Shown here: positions 27,467 to 37,600 of the stretch, in pieces
Layout: the number at the start of each line of letters is the position of its first letter
Position numbering within the stretch: the first letter of the stretch is position 1
Assembly (NCBI GenBank): GCA_020852705.1
Contig: JADZAP010000031.1
Coordinates: 65,050-129,049, forward strand
DNA from: Ignavibacteria bacterium
Lineage (GTDB): Bacteria > Bacteroidota > Ignavibacteria > Tepidaquicellales > OLB5
Length of the DNA: 64,000 nucleotides
Direction: 5' to 3'
Position numbers and translations under genes: made by a program
The notes under the pieces: generated by a model
Told to the model about the DNA's origin: nothing
The model's input: only the letters and a program-made list of their open reading frames with translations
The model's database searches: none

Positions 27467-28231
27467 TTGATAAAATTATTCAATAAAAAATTAAAATTAG
27501 CGGGCTCAATTTTACTATTGAGCCCTGTTCTATTATATTCACAATCTCCAAAAGATGAATTATTGAACTACAATTTTAATTCAAAATTTACCCTTCAGGC
27601 TTATATAATGTATGTTTCATCTGCTGAACTGCAAAATAATATAAAATCCAATAGTTCATTTATACGAGATGCTGCGGTTGAACTTAAAGGCGGTTACGGA
27701 TACGGGGGAGAAATTACTTACAATCCGGAGTTTAAGGATATTGATATTACCTTTTATCTCTCCTCTGAATATTTAAAAGTAAAGGATAATGAGCTGGTAA
27801 TGAGATTTGAAAATGATTCAGCATTTAATTCAGTCAGGTTCACTGAAGAGTATAATATGATACCTATTGAAACCGGTGTAAAGTGGAATCTTCCGGTAAG
27901 TACTGAAAGATTTAAAGTGTTTATTGGCGGCGGTGCAGGAATATATTTTGGCAACAGAACAAGGCAAATAGGACAATACAAAACAATGGCAATATCCAGA
28001 AAAGCAGGTTACAGTATGAATGTTTTAGCAGGGCTTGAATATTTTTTAGAAAGGAACTTATCTGTTAATTTTGAGTTTAAATTTAGAGAGCCTAATTTTG
28101 ATTCTGAAGATAAATTTGAAACCGACTTTATAACGATTAACGGAAATACCTATAGCATGGATAATCCGGTTTACTCCAGATTGTTAATTGACGGAGCAAG
28201 AATTTCAGCAGGAATAAAATATCATTTTTAA
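27467..28231 (+). CDS. outer-membrane beta-barrel protein
   Basis: 254 aa. Signal peptide, alternating amphipathic beta-strand pattern, C-terminal aromatic terminus (...GIKYHF). TTG start. Confidence 0.6.
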   Translation: MIKLFNKKLKLAGSILLLSPVLLYSQSPKDELLNYNFNSKFTLQAYIMYVSSAELQNNIKSNSSFIRDAAVELKGGYGYGGEITYNPEFKDIDITFYLSSEYLKVKDNELVMRFENDSAFNSVRFTEEYNMIPIETGVKWNLPVSTERFKVFIGGGAGIYFGNRTRQIGQYKTMAISRKAGYSMNVLAGLEYFLERNLSVNFEFKFREPNFDSEDKFETDFITINGNTYSMDNPVYSRLLIDGARISAGIKYHF

Positions 28232-28249
28232 AAAAATTAAATCTGTATT

Positions 28250-29887
28250 ATGAAAAATATTTTACTTATTACATTAATAATTTTAACGATAGTTATTTTA
28301 CCGGTTCATAACGTTAAGCTGAAAGAAACTATAAATAACTCAAGATATGCCAAGGATCATATTATAGTTAAACTTAAAAAACAACCGATTCTTGCAGCAT
28401 CATACAGCAGTAAAGAAAATTATGAGGCGATACTTAATGAAATATTCACTGCAAAAAATATTAATGTAAAAAAGATAAAAAGACTGTTTCCTCGAGATAC
28501 AAAACATAATGAAAACTTACAGAATAAATATGAAATTGATACTTACTATTTAGTATATTTTAATCAAGATCAAGATCTTCCTGAACTGACTGCTGAATTA
28601 AATAAAAACGAAAATGTAGATTTTTCAGAACCGGATTTTATCGGAGAATCCGCGGGTGTTAAGGGAGAAGGTTTTTCACCAAATGATACATTCTTTGGCA
28701 GGCAATGGGGTTTATATAATGACGGGTCACAAAAAACTACTACGGGGAAAAAAGGTAAAGTTAATGCCGATATGAATGTTCTAAAAGCATGGGAAGTAGC
28801 TACAGGCAGCAGTGATGTAATTGTTGGAATAATGGATTCTGGGACAAAGATTGATCATCCTGACTTGGATGGAAGAATATGGACTAACAGCAAGGAAGTT
28901 AAAAACGGAAGAGATGATGACGGCAATGGTTTTGTTGATGATATTAACGGATTTAATTTTGCATACGATAATCCAAATGTCAGAGATGACGGCGGGCACG
29001 GGACAAATATAGCCGGCACTATTGGTGCTTCAACAAATAATAATCTGGGATATGCCGGTATTGATCAAAACTGTAAACTTATGATATGTAAAAATCTTGA
29101 CGATGAGAACTTGGGTGAATATTCATGGTGGTCAGCATCATTATACTATGCAGCAAACAATGGTGCCAGAGTAATGAATATGAGTGAAGGAGGATATGAT
29201 TACTCCAAAACACTAGAAAATGCAATCAATTACGCATACGATGCCGGTGCTTTAATAGTGGCAAGTATGATGAACAAAAATAACGGAGATACTTATTACC
29301 CCGCAAGTTTTAAGAATGTTCTTGCTGTTGGCGCAACAGATACAGATGACAGCCGCTGCAGAGAATTTACTTGGGGCGGAGGAAGCAATTGGGGAAAACA
29401 TATAGCAGTAGTTGCTCCTGGAAATAAAATTTACGGACTTGACTTTAAGGATAACGCAAACTATGATGTTTATTGGAGCGGAACATCACAGGCAACAGCT
29501 TATGTAAGCGGAATTGCAGCAGTACTGCTTGGACAGGATCCAGCAAGGACAAACAAAGATCTTAGGGAAATTATCACTCAAACTGCAATTGACCAGGTTG
29601 GTGACCCCCGGGAAGATAAACCGGGATGGGATGAATATTATGGATACGGCAGAGTAGATCTTTATGAAGCTGTTAATTATGGTAAATTTTCTAGCGGTAA
29701 AAAAGACGAAAAGAAAAAAAGGGACGAAAACAATTCCGAAGAAGATAATCCTCCAAGATACGAAGACAATAAAAATAATGAAAATGGAAACAGCACAAGA
29801 GCAAAAGCTAATGAGAATGATGATAATGAAAGAAAAGAAAAGAACAAAAATAACCGGGCTAAAAAACCAAAAGCTGACGATAATTGA
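28250..29887 (+). CDS. subtilisin-like serine protease (peptidase S8) with charged low-complexity tail
   Basis: Catalytic triad contexts GIMDSGT (Asp), HGTNIAG (His) and SGTSQATAYVSG (Ser). N-terminal signal plus propeptide. The C-terminal approx 70 aa is K/E/N/D-rich. Confidence 0.88.
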   Translation: MKNILLITLIILTIVILPVHNVKLKETINNSRYAKDHIIVKLKKQPILAASYSSKENYEAILNEIFTAKNINVKKIKRLFPRDTKHNENLQNKYEIDTYYLVYFNQDQDLPELTAELNKNENVDFSEPDFIGESAGVKGEGFSPNDTFFGRQWGLYNDGSQKTTTGKKGKVNADMNVLKAWEVATGSSDVIVGIMDSGTKIDHPDLDGRIWTNSKEVKNGRDDDGNGFVDDINGFNFAYDNPNVRDDGGHGTNIAGTIGASTNNNLGYAGIDQNCKLMICKNLDDENLGEYSWWSASLYYAANNGARVMNMSEGGYDYSKTLENAINYAYDAGALIVASMMNKNNGDTYYPASFKNVLAVGATDTDDSRCREFTWGGGSNWGKHIAVVAPGNKIYGLDFKDNANYDVYWSGTSQATAYVSGIAAVLLGQDPARTNKDLREIITQTAIDQVGDPREDKPGWDEYYGYGRVDLYEAVNYGKFSSGKKDEKKKRDENNSEEDNPPRYEDNKNNENGNSTRAKANENDDNERKEKNKNNRAKKPKADDN

Positions 29888-29963
29888 TTCTTTTTTATTA
29901 TACCGTTATTAACGAGATGTTTTTAAATTTTTAAAATTTCCACTTTTAAAAGCAATGAGATAA

Positions 29964-30749
29964 GTGATAGATATTGCAAAGTTAAAGAATGATTTAGAAT
30001 GCAAAGGTTTTATTTCAAAAATTTATTATTTTGATGAAATTGATTCTACAAATATATTTGCTTCAAGAATAGAAACTCAGGCTGATTCATTAATAATTTC
30101 TGAATTTCAAAATTCAGGGAAAGGTCGTTTTAACAAAAGCTGGGTTTCGGATAAATATTCAAATTTAACTTTCACAATAAAGAAATTACTTCCACTCCCC
30201 TATTCGCTAAATCAAATTGCGGCATTTTATTTTTCATATAGTATTTATACTGCAATTAAGGAATACCTTTTAAAATATATTTCTGAAATTGAGTTAAATG
30301 GACTTCAAATAAAATGGCCCAATGATATAATATTTAACCGGCAAAAACTTTGCGGCATATTGATAGAATCAAAAATACCGGGGAATAATTATATATTAGG
30401 CTGCGGAATAAACTGTAACCAGGAAGTTTTTCCGGAAGAACTGAATGCAATTTCAATAAAGAATATTATTAAACAAGAAACAGATTTAAATTTGTTAATG
30501 AATGGTATCATCAGAACACTTAGAAATAATTACGATTTAATAATAAATGATAGTTACACAGAAATTTTCAAATCATGGAAAAATTGCACAAATTTGATTG
30601 GAAAATCATGTGAATATTCAATTAATAATGGAACATTAAAATATGGAAAAATCAGCAATTTGAATATTGATGGCAGTATTGAAATAATTTCAAATAATAT
30701 TACAGAAAAACATCATAGCGGAGAAATAAAGATACTAGTCATTTCTTAG
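29964..30749 (+). CDS. birA: biotin--[acetyl-CoA-carboxylase] ligase (group I, no HTH domain)
   Basis: 261 aa. GKGRFNKSW biotin-binding loop and KWPNDI motif. GTG start. Confidence 0.85.
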   Translation: MIDIAKLKNDLECKGFISKIYYFDEIDSTNIFASRIETQADSLIISEFQNSGKGRFNKSWVSDKYSNLTFTIKKLLPLPYSLNQIAAFYFSYSIYTAIKEYLLKYISEIELNGLQIKWPNDIIFNRQKLCGILIESKIPGNNYILGCGINCNQEVFPEELNAISIKNIIKQETDLNLLMNGIIRTLRNNYDLIINDSYTEIFKSWKNCTNLIGKSCEYSINNGTLKYGKISNLNIDGSIEIISNNITEKHHSGEIKILVIS

Positions 30750-30779
30750 CAAAATACGCCTTATAACGTTAAAAATCAC

Positions 30780-30810
30780 TTGATTTTAGATTATTTTTTA
30801 GATATTTTAG
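30780..30810 (+). promoter_or_regulatory. putative FCB-type promoter for the tRNA cluster (cTTG-N20-TATTTTAG, one mismatch)
   Basis: TTG 30780..30782, 20-nt spacer, TATTTTAG 30803..30810, about 16 nt before tRNA-Tyr. Confidence 0.35.
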
Positions 30811-30825
30811 AAGTTTGGAATTTGA

Positions 30826-30908
30826 GGGTAGATAGCGAAGTGGTTAAACGCAACAGACTGTAAATCTGTCGGCTTATGCCTTCGGAGGTTCGAATCCTTC
30901 TCTACCCA
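30826..30908 (+). tRNA. tRNA-Tyr (GTA), type II with long variable arm
   Basis: Acceptor gggtaga/tctaccc. Anticodon stem acaga/tctgt with loop ctGTAaa. T arm ggagg-ttcgaat-ccttc. No encoded CCA. Confidence 0.9.
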
Positions 30909-30941
30909 CGGCAATTTATTTTTGTTCATTAATATTTTATT

Positions 30942-31014
<73 letters not shown>

Positions 31015-31027
31015 CTACAGATAATAA

Positions 31028-31100
31028 GCGGGAGTAACTCAGTTGGTAGAGTCACAGCCTTCCAAGCTGTTGGTCGCGAGTTCGAGTCTCGTCTCCCGCT
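31028..31100 (+). tRNA. tRNA-Gly (TCC)
   Basis: Acceptor gcgggag/ctcccgc. Anticodon stem acagc/gctgt with loop ctTCCaa. T loop agttcgagtct. Confidence 0.92.
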
Positions 31101-31167
31101 CGCAAAATTTTTAAAAGTAACTATCCTTATTATAACATTAGAAACTGAAAAAAAATAATTCAAAATA

Positions 31168-31329
31168 ATGGCTAAAGACGGAAGATTAATAATAGTTTTA
31201 GAGTGTATAGAGTGCAGAAACAGAAATTACAGCTCAACAAAGAATAAAACAAAACATTCGGGAAGAGTTGAATATAAAAAATTCTGCAGGCACTGTACAA
31301 AACGTACAATGCACAAGGAAACGAAATAA
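31168..31329 (+). CDS. rpmG: 50S ribosomal protein L33 (zinc-ribbon type)
   Basis: 53-aa ORF absent from the supplied track because it is under 60 aa. Manual translation MAKDGRLIIVLECIECRNRNYSSTKNKTKHSGRVEYKKFCRHCTKRTMHKETK, with a CxxC...CxxC pattern and typical L33 sequence. Confidence 0.85.
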   Translation: MAKDGRLIIVLECIECRNRNYSSTKNKTKHSGRVEYKKFCRHCTKRTMHKETK

Positions 31330-31359
31330 GCTGTTAAATCGGTTAAGCCTGAATTTTTT

Positions 31360-31432
31360 ACGTCAGTGGCTCAATTGGTAGAGCAGCGGTCTCCAAAACC
31401 GCAGGTTGGGGGTTCGAGTCCCTCCTGACGTG
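31360..31432 (+). tRNA. tRNA-Trp (CCA)
   Basis: Acceptor acgtcag/ctgacgt. Anticodon stem gcggt/accgc with loop ctCCAaa. T loop ggttcgagtcc. Confidence 0.9.
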
Positions 31433-31489
31433 CAATCACTTTCACAAAACATCTCTGAATTAAATAAATTAACGGAGCAATAAATAAAA

Positions 31490-31672
31490 TTGAAAGATAA
31501 GATAATTGGTTTCTTTACCGACATAGTAAAGGAAATGAAAAAAGTAACATGGCCCAAGCGTGAAGAACTTAAAGAATCCACAATGGTGGTAATAATAACA
31601 TCAGTTATTTTTGCTGCATTTGTATATGCAGTTGATAAAGTAATTAACGAAGGTCTGAAAGTTATATTTTAA
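31490..31672 (+). CDS. secE: preprotein translocase subunit SecE
   Basis: 60 aa. EMKKVTWPKREEL followed by a single TM helix. Conserved position before nusG. TTG start with GGAG 12 nt upstream. Confidence 0.85.
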   Translation: MKDKIIGFFTDIVKEMKKVTWPKREELKESTMVVIITSVIFAAFVYAVDKVINEGLKVIF

Positions 31673-32247
31673 TGGATATGAGCGAAGCAAAACAGGTTAC
31701 ACAGACAGCAATTCCGGGTATGAAATGGTATGCCGTAAGGACAATTACAGGTCATGAAAAGCGGGTGAAAAATTATCTAGATTCAGAAATTGCAGAGCTT
31801 AATATACAGCACAAAATTGCACAGGTACTTATACCCGAAGAAAAAGTATTTGAAGTAAAAGGCGGCAAGAAAAAAATAAAGTATAAGAATTTTTTCCCTG
31901 GTTATGTACTTGTTGAAGCAAATCTGGATAAAGAAGTTGTTTATATGTTAAATCACGCGCCAAGCGTTCTTAAAATGGTGGGTGATAAAAATGACGCAAT
32001 TGCTTTAAGGGATGATGAGGTAAAACGAATTATAGGCAGAATTAACGATTCAGATGAAAAGGAAAAGATTGATATGCAGTTTGAAAAAGGAGATCTAATA
32101 AAAGTAGTTAACGGACCATTTGTTAACTTTAACGGGACGATAAATGAAATTAATCTTGAACGGATGAAAGTTAAGGTTATGGTAAGCATCTTTGGAAGAA
32201 AAACTCCGATAGAGCTTGATTTTACACAAATTGAAAAAGAAAAATAA
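31672..32247 (+). CDS. nusG: transcription termination/antitermination factor NusG
   Basis: 191 aa. WYAVRTITGHEKRV NGN domain and C-terminal KOW (GDLIKVVNGPFVNFNGTI). Start overlaps the secE stop (TAATG). Confidence 0.93.
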   Translation: MDMSEAKQVTQTAIPGMKWYAVRTITGHEKRVKNYLDSEIAELNIQHKIAQVLIPEEKVFEVKGGKKKIKYKNFFPGYVLVEANLDKEVVYMLNHAPSVLKMVGDKNDAIALRDDEVKRIIGRINDSDEKEKIDMQFEKGDLIKVVNGPFVNFNGTINEINLERMKVKVMVSIFGRKTPIELDFTQIEKEK

Positions 32248-32369
32248 AATTATAAAGTTTTAATAAAAGGTATCGCTTCAATACCTTCAATTATGCAAAG
32301 GCAGTTTCTCCCTGCCGAAAACGCAAAAAATATTACGCACTCACAAAGTAAAGGATATATTAATTTAAA

Positions 32370-32795
32370 ATGGCAAAAAAAGTAGTTGGATTTGTAAAGC
32401 TTCAGATCCCTGCCGGGCAAGCGACAATGGCACCGCCTGTTGGTCCTGCTTTAGGACAAAGAGGTGTGAACGGTATGGAATTCTGTAAGCAATTCAATGC
32501 AAGAACCTCAAAAGACCAGGGTTTGATAATACCGGTTGTAATAACTGTATATTCAGATAAGTCTTTTACATTCATTACTAAAACTCCCCCTGCAGCTGTA
32601 TTGCTTTTAAAGGCAGCAAAATTAGATAAAGGAAGCGCACAATCAAACAGGAATAAAGTTGGCAAGGTTTCTAAGAAACAGGTTGAAGAAATTGCAAACC
32701 TTAAAATGAAAGATCTAAATGCACGCACAATTGACTCTGCCGCAAAAGTAATTGCAGGTACTGCAAGAAGCATGGGAATTACTGTAGAAGGATAA
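32370..32795 (+). CDS. rplK: 50S ribosomal protein L11
   Basis: [25 protein letters not shown] canonical L11 N-terminus. Confidence 0.95.
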   Translation: MAKKVVGFVKLQIPAGQATMAPPVGPALGQRGVNGMEFCKQFNARTSKDQGLIIPVVITVYSDKSFTFITKTPPAAVLLLKAAKLDKGSAQSNRNKVGKVSKKQVEEIANLKMKDLNARTIDSAAKVIAGTARSMGITVEG

Positions 32796-32804
32796 CCAAA
32801 TAAA

Positions 32805-33500
32805 ATGAAAGTTACAAAAAGAAGAAAAGATATAAACAGTAAGGTAGATTTTAAAAAAGAATATTCAATTACCGAAGCTGTATCAAAGCTTAAAGAAACA
32901 TCTAAGGCAAAATTCAATGAATCGATTGATATTGCCATGAAGCTTGGAGTTGACCCGAGACAGGCAGACCAGCTTGTAAGGGGAACAGTTGCCTTGCCTC
33001 ACGGAACCGGCAAAACAGTAAGGGTGCTTGTAATTGCAAAACCTGAAAAGCAGGAAGAAGCAAAAGCAGCCGGAGCTGATCATGTTGGTTTTGAAGATTA
33101 TCTTGCAAAAATAAAAGAAGGTTGGGCTGATGTTGATGTTATTATTGCAGCACCAGATACTATGAGCGAGCTTGGCAAGCTTGGCAAGGTATTAGGACCA
33201 AAAGGTTTAATGCCCAATCCAAAAAGCGGGACAGTAACAAATGACCTAGGCAAAGCCGTATCAGAGGTTAAGGCAGGCAGAATTGAGTTCCGTGTAGAAA
33301 AAGCAGGTATAGTTCATGCATGTATTGGTAAATCATCATTTGAACCAAAACAGCTTGAAGATAATATACATACTTTTATCAACCAGGTTCTAAAGCTTAA
33401 GCCGGCAACATCAAAAGGAATGTATGTAAAGAGTGTGACACTTTCAAGTACAATGGGTCCGGGGCTTATGATAAGCAAAAATGAACTGGCACATCATTAA
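32805..33500 (+). CDS. rplA: 50S ribosomal protein L1
   Basis: 231 aa. FNESIDIAMKLGVDPRQADQLVRGTVALPHGTGK typical L1. Confidence 0.95.
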   Translation: MKVTKRRKDINSKVDFKKEYSITEAVSKLKETSKAKFNESIDIAMKLGVDPRQADQLVRGTVALPHGTGKTVRVLVIAKPEKQEEAKAAGADHVGFEDYLAKIKEGWADVDVIIAAPDTMSELGKLGKVLGPKGLMPNPKSGTVTNDLGKAVSEVKAGRIEFRVEKAGIVHACIGKSSFEPKQLEDNIHTFINQVLKLKPATSKGMYVKSVTLSSTMGPGLMISKNELAHH

Positions 33501-33520
33501 TTTATAAATTAACAAATTTC

Positions 33521-34057
33521 ATGACTAAGCAGGATAAAGAACAATCAGTTCTTGAAATAAAAGAAAAATTAAACAGCGCATCAAGCATATATTTAACAGA
33601 TTTCAGCGGTTTAACAGTTGCTGAGTCGAATGAATTGCGAGACGATCTTTTCAATGCAAAAGTTGAGTTCAAGGTATTAAAGAACACACTTGTTAAAAAA
33701 GCATTAGAACAGAGTGATGGAAAGTTTAACTCTCAGAGCGAAAAACTTAACGAGCATCTTAAAGGACCAACAGGAATAATATTTGCTTTTGATGACCCTG
33801 TAACACCCGCAAAGATCATAAAAAAGTTTTATGATAAAGGCGAAAAACCAAAACTGAAGCTTGCACTGGTAGAAAATGTTGCCTATGAAAGCAAACAGCT
33901 AAATCAGTTAGCTTCCTTACCAACAAAGCCGGAGATCATATCATCGATAGTTGGCAGTCTTCATGCACCTATTTCTGGTATTGTTGGTGCAATCAATGCT
34001 GTTATCAGAGATCTCGCTTCTGTTATTGAAGAAGCAGCTAAAAAGAATGTAAATTAA
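33521..34057 (+). CDS. rplJ: 50S ribosomal protein L10
   Basis: 178 aa. Position between rplA and rplL. L10-like N-terminal region (LTVAESNELRDDL...FKVLKNTL). Confidence 0.9.
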   Translation: MTKQDKEQSVLEIKEKLNSASSIYLTDFSGLTVAESNELRDDLFNAKVEFKVLKNTLVKKALEQSDGKFNSQSEKLNEHLKGPTGIIFAFDDPVTPAKIIKKFYDKGEKPKLKLALVENVAYESKQLNQLASLPTKPEIISSIVGSLHAPISGIVGAINAVIRDLASVIEEAAKKNVN

Positions 34058-34086
34058 AAATTTAATCATTAAGGAGATATAAAAAA

Positions 34087-34464
34087 ATGTCCGTTGTAGA
34101 AGAATTAGTTGAAAAAATTAGTGCATTAACACTTGCAGATGCTGCTGATTTAAAGAAAGCTCTTGAAGATAAATTCGGAGTAACTGCAGCTGCACCTGTT
34201 GTTATGGCAGGGGCAACCGGTGGTAATGCACCAACTGCTGCAGTTGAAGAAAAGACAGAATTTTCTGTAGTTCTACTTGAAGCAGGAGCATCAAAGATAA
34301 ATGTTATAAAAGCAGTTAAAAATGCAACCGGTCTTGGCTTAACAGAGGCAAAGGGATTAGTTGAAAGCGCTCCTAAGCCGGTAAAAGAAAATCTGGCAAA
34401 AGCTGACGCTGAAAAGCTTAAAGCTGATCTTGAAGCTGCCGGTGCTAAAGTAGAATTAAAGTAA
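34087..34464 (+). CDS. rplL: 50S ribosomal protein L7/L12
   Basis: 125 aa. Ala-rich hinge and C-terminal [24 protein letters not shown]...[11 protein letters not shown]. Confidence 0.95.
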   Translation: MSVVEELVEKISALTLADAADLKKALEDKFGVTAAAPVVMAGATGGNAPTAAVEEKTEFSVVLLEAGASKINVIKAVKNATGLGLTEAKGLVESAPKPVKENLAKADAEKLKADLEAAGAKVELK

Positions 34465-34468
34465 TTAT

Positions 34469-34496
34469 ACCGGTATAAATTTAATACCGGATTTTT
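34469..34496 (+). terminator. hairpin plus T-run between rplL and rpoB (probable attenuator/partial terminator)
   Basis: ccggtat-aaattta-ataccgg followed by aTTTTT. A second hairpin, caagctat-gtccta-atagcttg, lies at 34621..34642. Confidence 0.6.
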
Positions 34497-34688
34497 ACCC
34501 TGGTTCTGCGGAATTTTTTCTGTTAAAAAAATATTTAAGAATATAAATTCTATTCCAGGAAAATAGGTTCTAACTGAAACCTATAAACTCAAAAAATACT
34601 TAAAATTATAAATTTATAGGCAAGCTATGTCCTAATAGCTTGTCTATTACCTATTTTATATTATCCCCGCCGGGAGGAAGAAAAAAAA

Positions 34689-37600
34689 ATGCCAATAGAC
34701 ATATCTAAATTCAAATTCAATGGTGAGCGTATCTTTCTTTCCAAATCTGGAAAACAGCCTGATACACCGGACCTGTTGCAGGTTCAGCTAGAGGCTTTCA
34801 AAGATTTTCTTCAGGAAGATGTTGCACCAAATGAAAGAAAAGATACAGGGATGCAGGGTGTATTCAAACGAAACTTCCCTATTTCAGATTCAAGAGATAC
34901 TGCACTGCTTGAATTTCTTGAATATTATTTAGAGAAGCCGCAATATTCAATACGTGAATGCCAGGAACAGGGTTTAACGTATGCTGTTTCACTGAAGGCA
35001 AAATTGCGCCTTTCAACCAAACCAAACAAAGAAGCTAAGGAATATAATACTTCTGTTGAACAGGATGTATATATGGGTAACATTCCCTATATGTCACCTT
35101 ATGGAAGTTTTGTTATAAACGGTGCAGAAAGAGTAATAGTATCTCAGCTGCACAGAGCACCGGGTGTTGTATTCAGTGAATCAACTCACCAGAACGGAAC
35201 AAAGCTGTATTCTGCAAGAATTATTCCAATGAAGGGTTCATGGGTTGAATTTACAACAGATATTAATAATTGTTTATTTGCATATATTGACAGAAGAAAA
35301 AAATTCCCTGTAACAACTATATTAAGAGCTTTAGGATATTCAACAAATGAAGAAATTTTAGATCTTTTTGGACTTTTAGAAGTAGTTGAAAAGAAAGACC
35401 TTAAAAACCATATCGGTAAACAGTTATCAGATGATTTGATTGATAAAGAAACAGGTGAATTGATTGCCGAAAAAGCAGCTGAAATTGATGATGAACTTTT
35501 AGAAAAAATTTCTAAATCATCAATTTCAAAAATTAAGCTTTTTAAATCAGATAGACCATATGAAGAATCATTAATTGCAAATACATTAAATAAAGATGCA
35601 GCTCAATCTGAAATTGATGCATTAGAACAGATATCAGAACAGTTAAGACCAGATCAGGATGATGAATCAGCAAAGAACTTAGTAGATAAGCTATTTTTCA
35701 ATGAAAAGAAATATGATTTAGGTGAAGTTGGAAGGTATAAGCTTAACTATAAATTACATCTTGATATTCCGTCAGATAAAACAGTATTAACAAAAGAGGA
35801 TATAATTTCAATTATAAATTATCTTGTTGATCTGGAAGCCGGACGAAGAGAAATTGATGATATAGACCATTTAGGCAACAGGCGTGTACGCTCAATAGGC
35901 GAGCAACTTGCTGCACAATTTAATGTTGGTCTTGCCAGAATGTCAAGAACGATCCGTGAAAGAATGAGCATTCACGATGAAGAGAACATTACACCCGGAA
36001 ATTTAGTGAGTGCCAGAACTATTACGACAGCATTAGTATCATTTTTTGGGACAAGCCAGCTTTCACAATATATGGATCAGACAAACCCGCTTAGCGAAAT
36101 GACACATAAACGCAGGGTATCAGCACTTGGACCTGGCGGATTGACGCGTGAAAGAGCCGGATTTGAAGTCCGTGACGTACATTATACTCATTACGGAAGG
36201 TTATGCCCGATAGAAACACCTGAAGGTCCAAATATTGGACTTATTTCATCATTATGCACACATGCAAGAATAAGTGATTTTGGGTTTATTGAAACGCCAT
36301 ACCGTAAAGTAAAAAATGGAAAGGTTTTGAATGAAATAGATTATCTTTCAGCTGAAAAAGAAGATGATTTTACAATCGCACAGGTTATTTCAGATCTTGA
36401 CGGCAATAAAATTACAGAAAGCAAAATTAACGCTAGATTTAAGGGTGACTTTCCTATTGTAAATCCAGAGGAAGTTCAATATATGGATATAGCACCTAAT
36501 CAGATAGTAAGTGCAGCCGCCGCATTAATTCCTTTCCTTGAGCATGATGATGCTAATAGAGCACTTATGGGTTCTAATATGCAGCGTCAAGCTGTGCCGC
36601 TGTTAAGACCGGCTACCCCGCTTGTTGGTACAGGTTTTGAAAAGAAAGTTGCAAATGATTCAAGAACACTTATACTTGCTGAAGCTGATGGAGTAATAGA
36701 GCATGTATCAGCAGATAAGATTGTAGTAAAATATGATATTGATAAAAACTCTGATGAAGCATTACTTAGTTTTGATGATGAAGAAGTAAAAGAATATAAT
36801 CTTATTAAGTTTTTAAGAACCAACCAGGATACATCAATAAATCAGAAACCAATTGTAAATGTTGGTCAACGGGTTAAAAAAGGAGAGTGTCTTGCTGATG
36901 GTGCCGCAACTGATAAAGGTGAGCTTGCATTAGGCAGAAGTGTGCTTGTAGCATTTATGCCGTGGAGAGGTTACAACTTTGAAGATGCAATTGTGATAAG
37001 TGAAAGAATTGTTGCTGAAGATATTTTTACATCTGTTCATATTGAAGAATATAATTTGCAAGTAAGAGATACCAAACGCGGCGAAGAAGAGCTAACCCGT
37101 GATATACCTAACGTAAGTGAAGAGGCAACAAAAGATCTTGACGAAGACGGCATTATAAGGATTGGTGCAGAGGTTAAAGAAAATGACATTTTAATAGGTA
37201 AGGTAACACCAAAAGGTGAAACTGAGCCAACACCTGAAGAAAAATTGTTAAGAGCTATTTTTGGTGATAAAGCCGGAGACGTTAAGGATGCATCTATGAA
37301 AGCTCCTCCGGGAATGAAAGGTATTATTATTAACAAAAAACTTTTCACCAGAAAGCAAAGAGATACTGAAACCAAGAAGGAAGAAAAGAAAAAGTTAGAT
37401 AAGCTTGAACAGGATCGATACGATTCAATAAATGAATTAAACAGAAAACTTGCTGAAAAGCTAGGTCAGATGTTTGACAATAAAGAATCATTAGGTATCC
37501 GTAATATAGATGGAACAATAATTATCCGCAGCGGAACAGCTTTAAAGAAAGACACATTTGTTAAGCATCTGGAAAATCCAAATTTCAGGATAGATACTTT

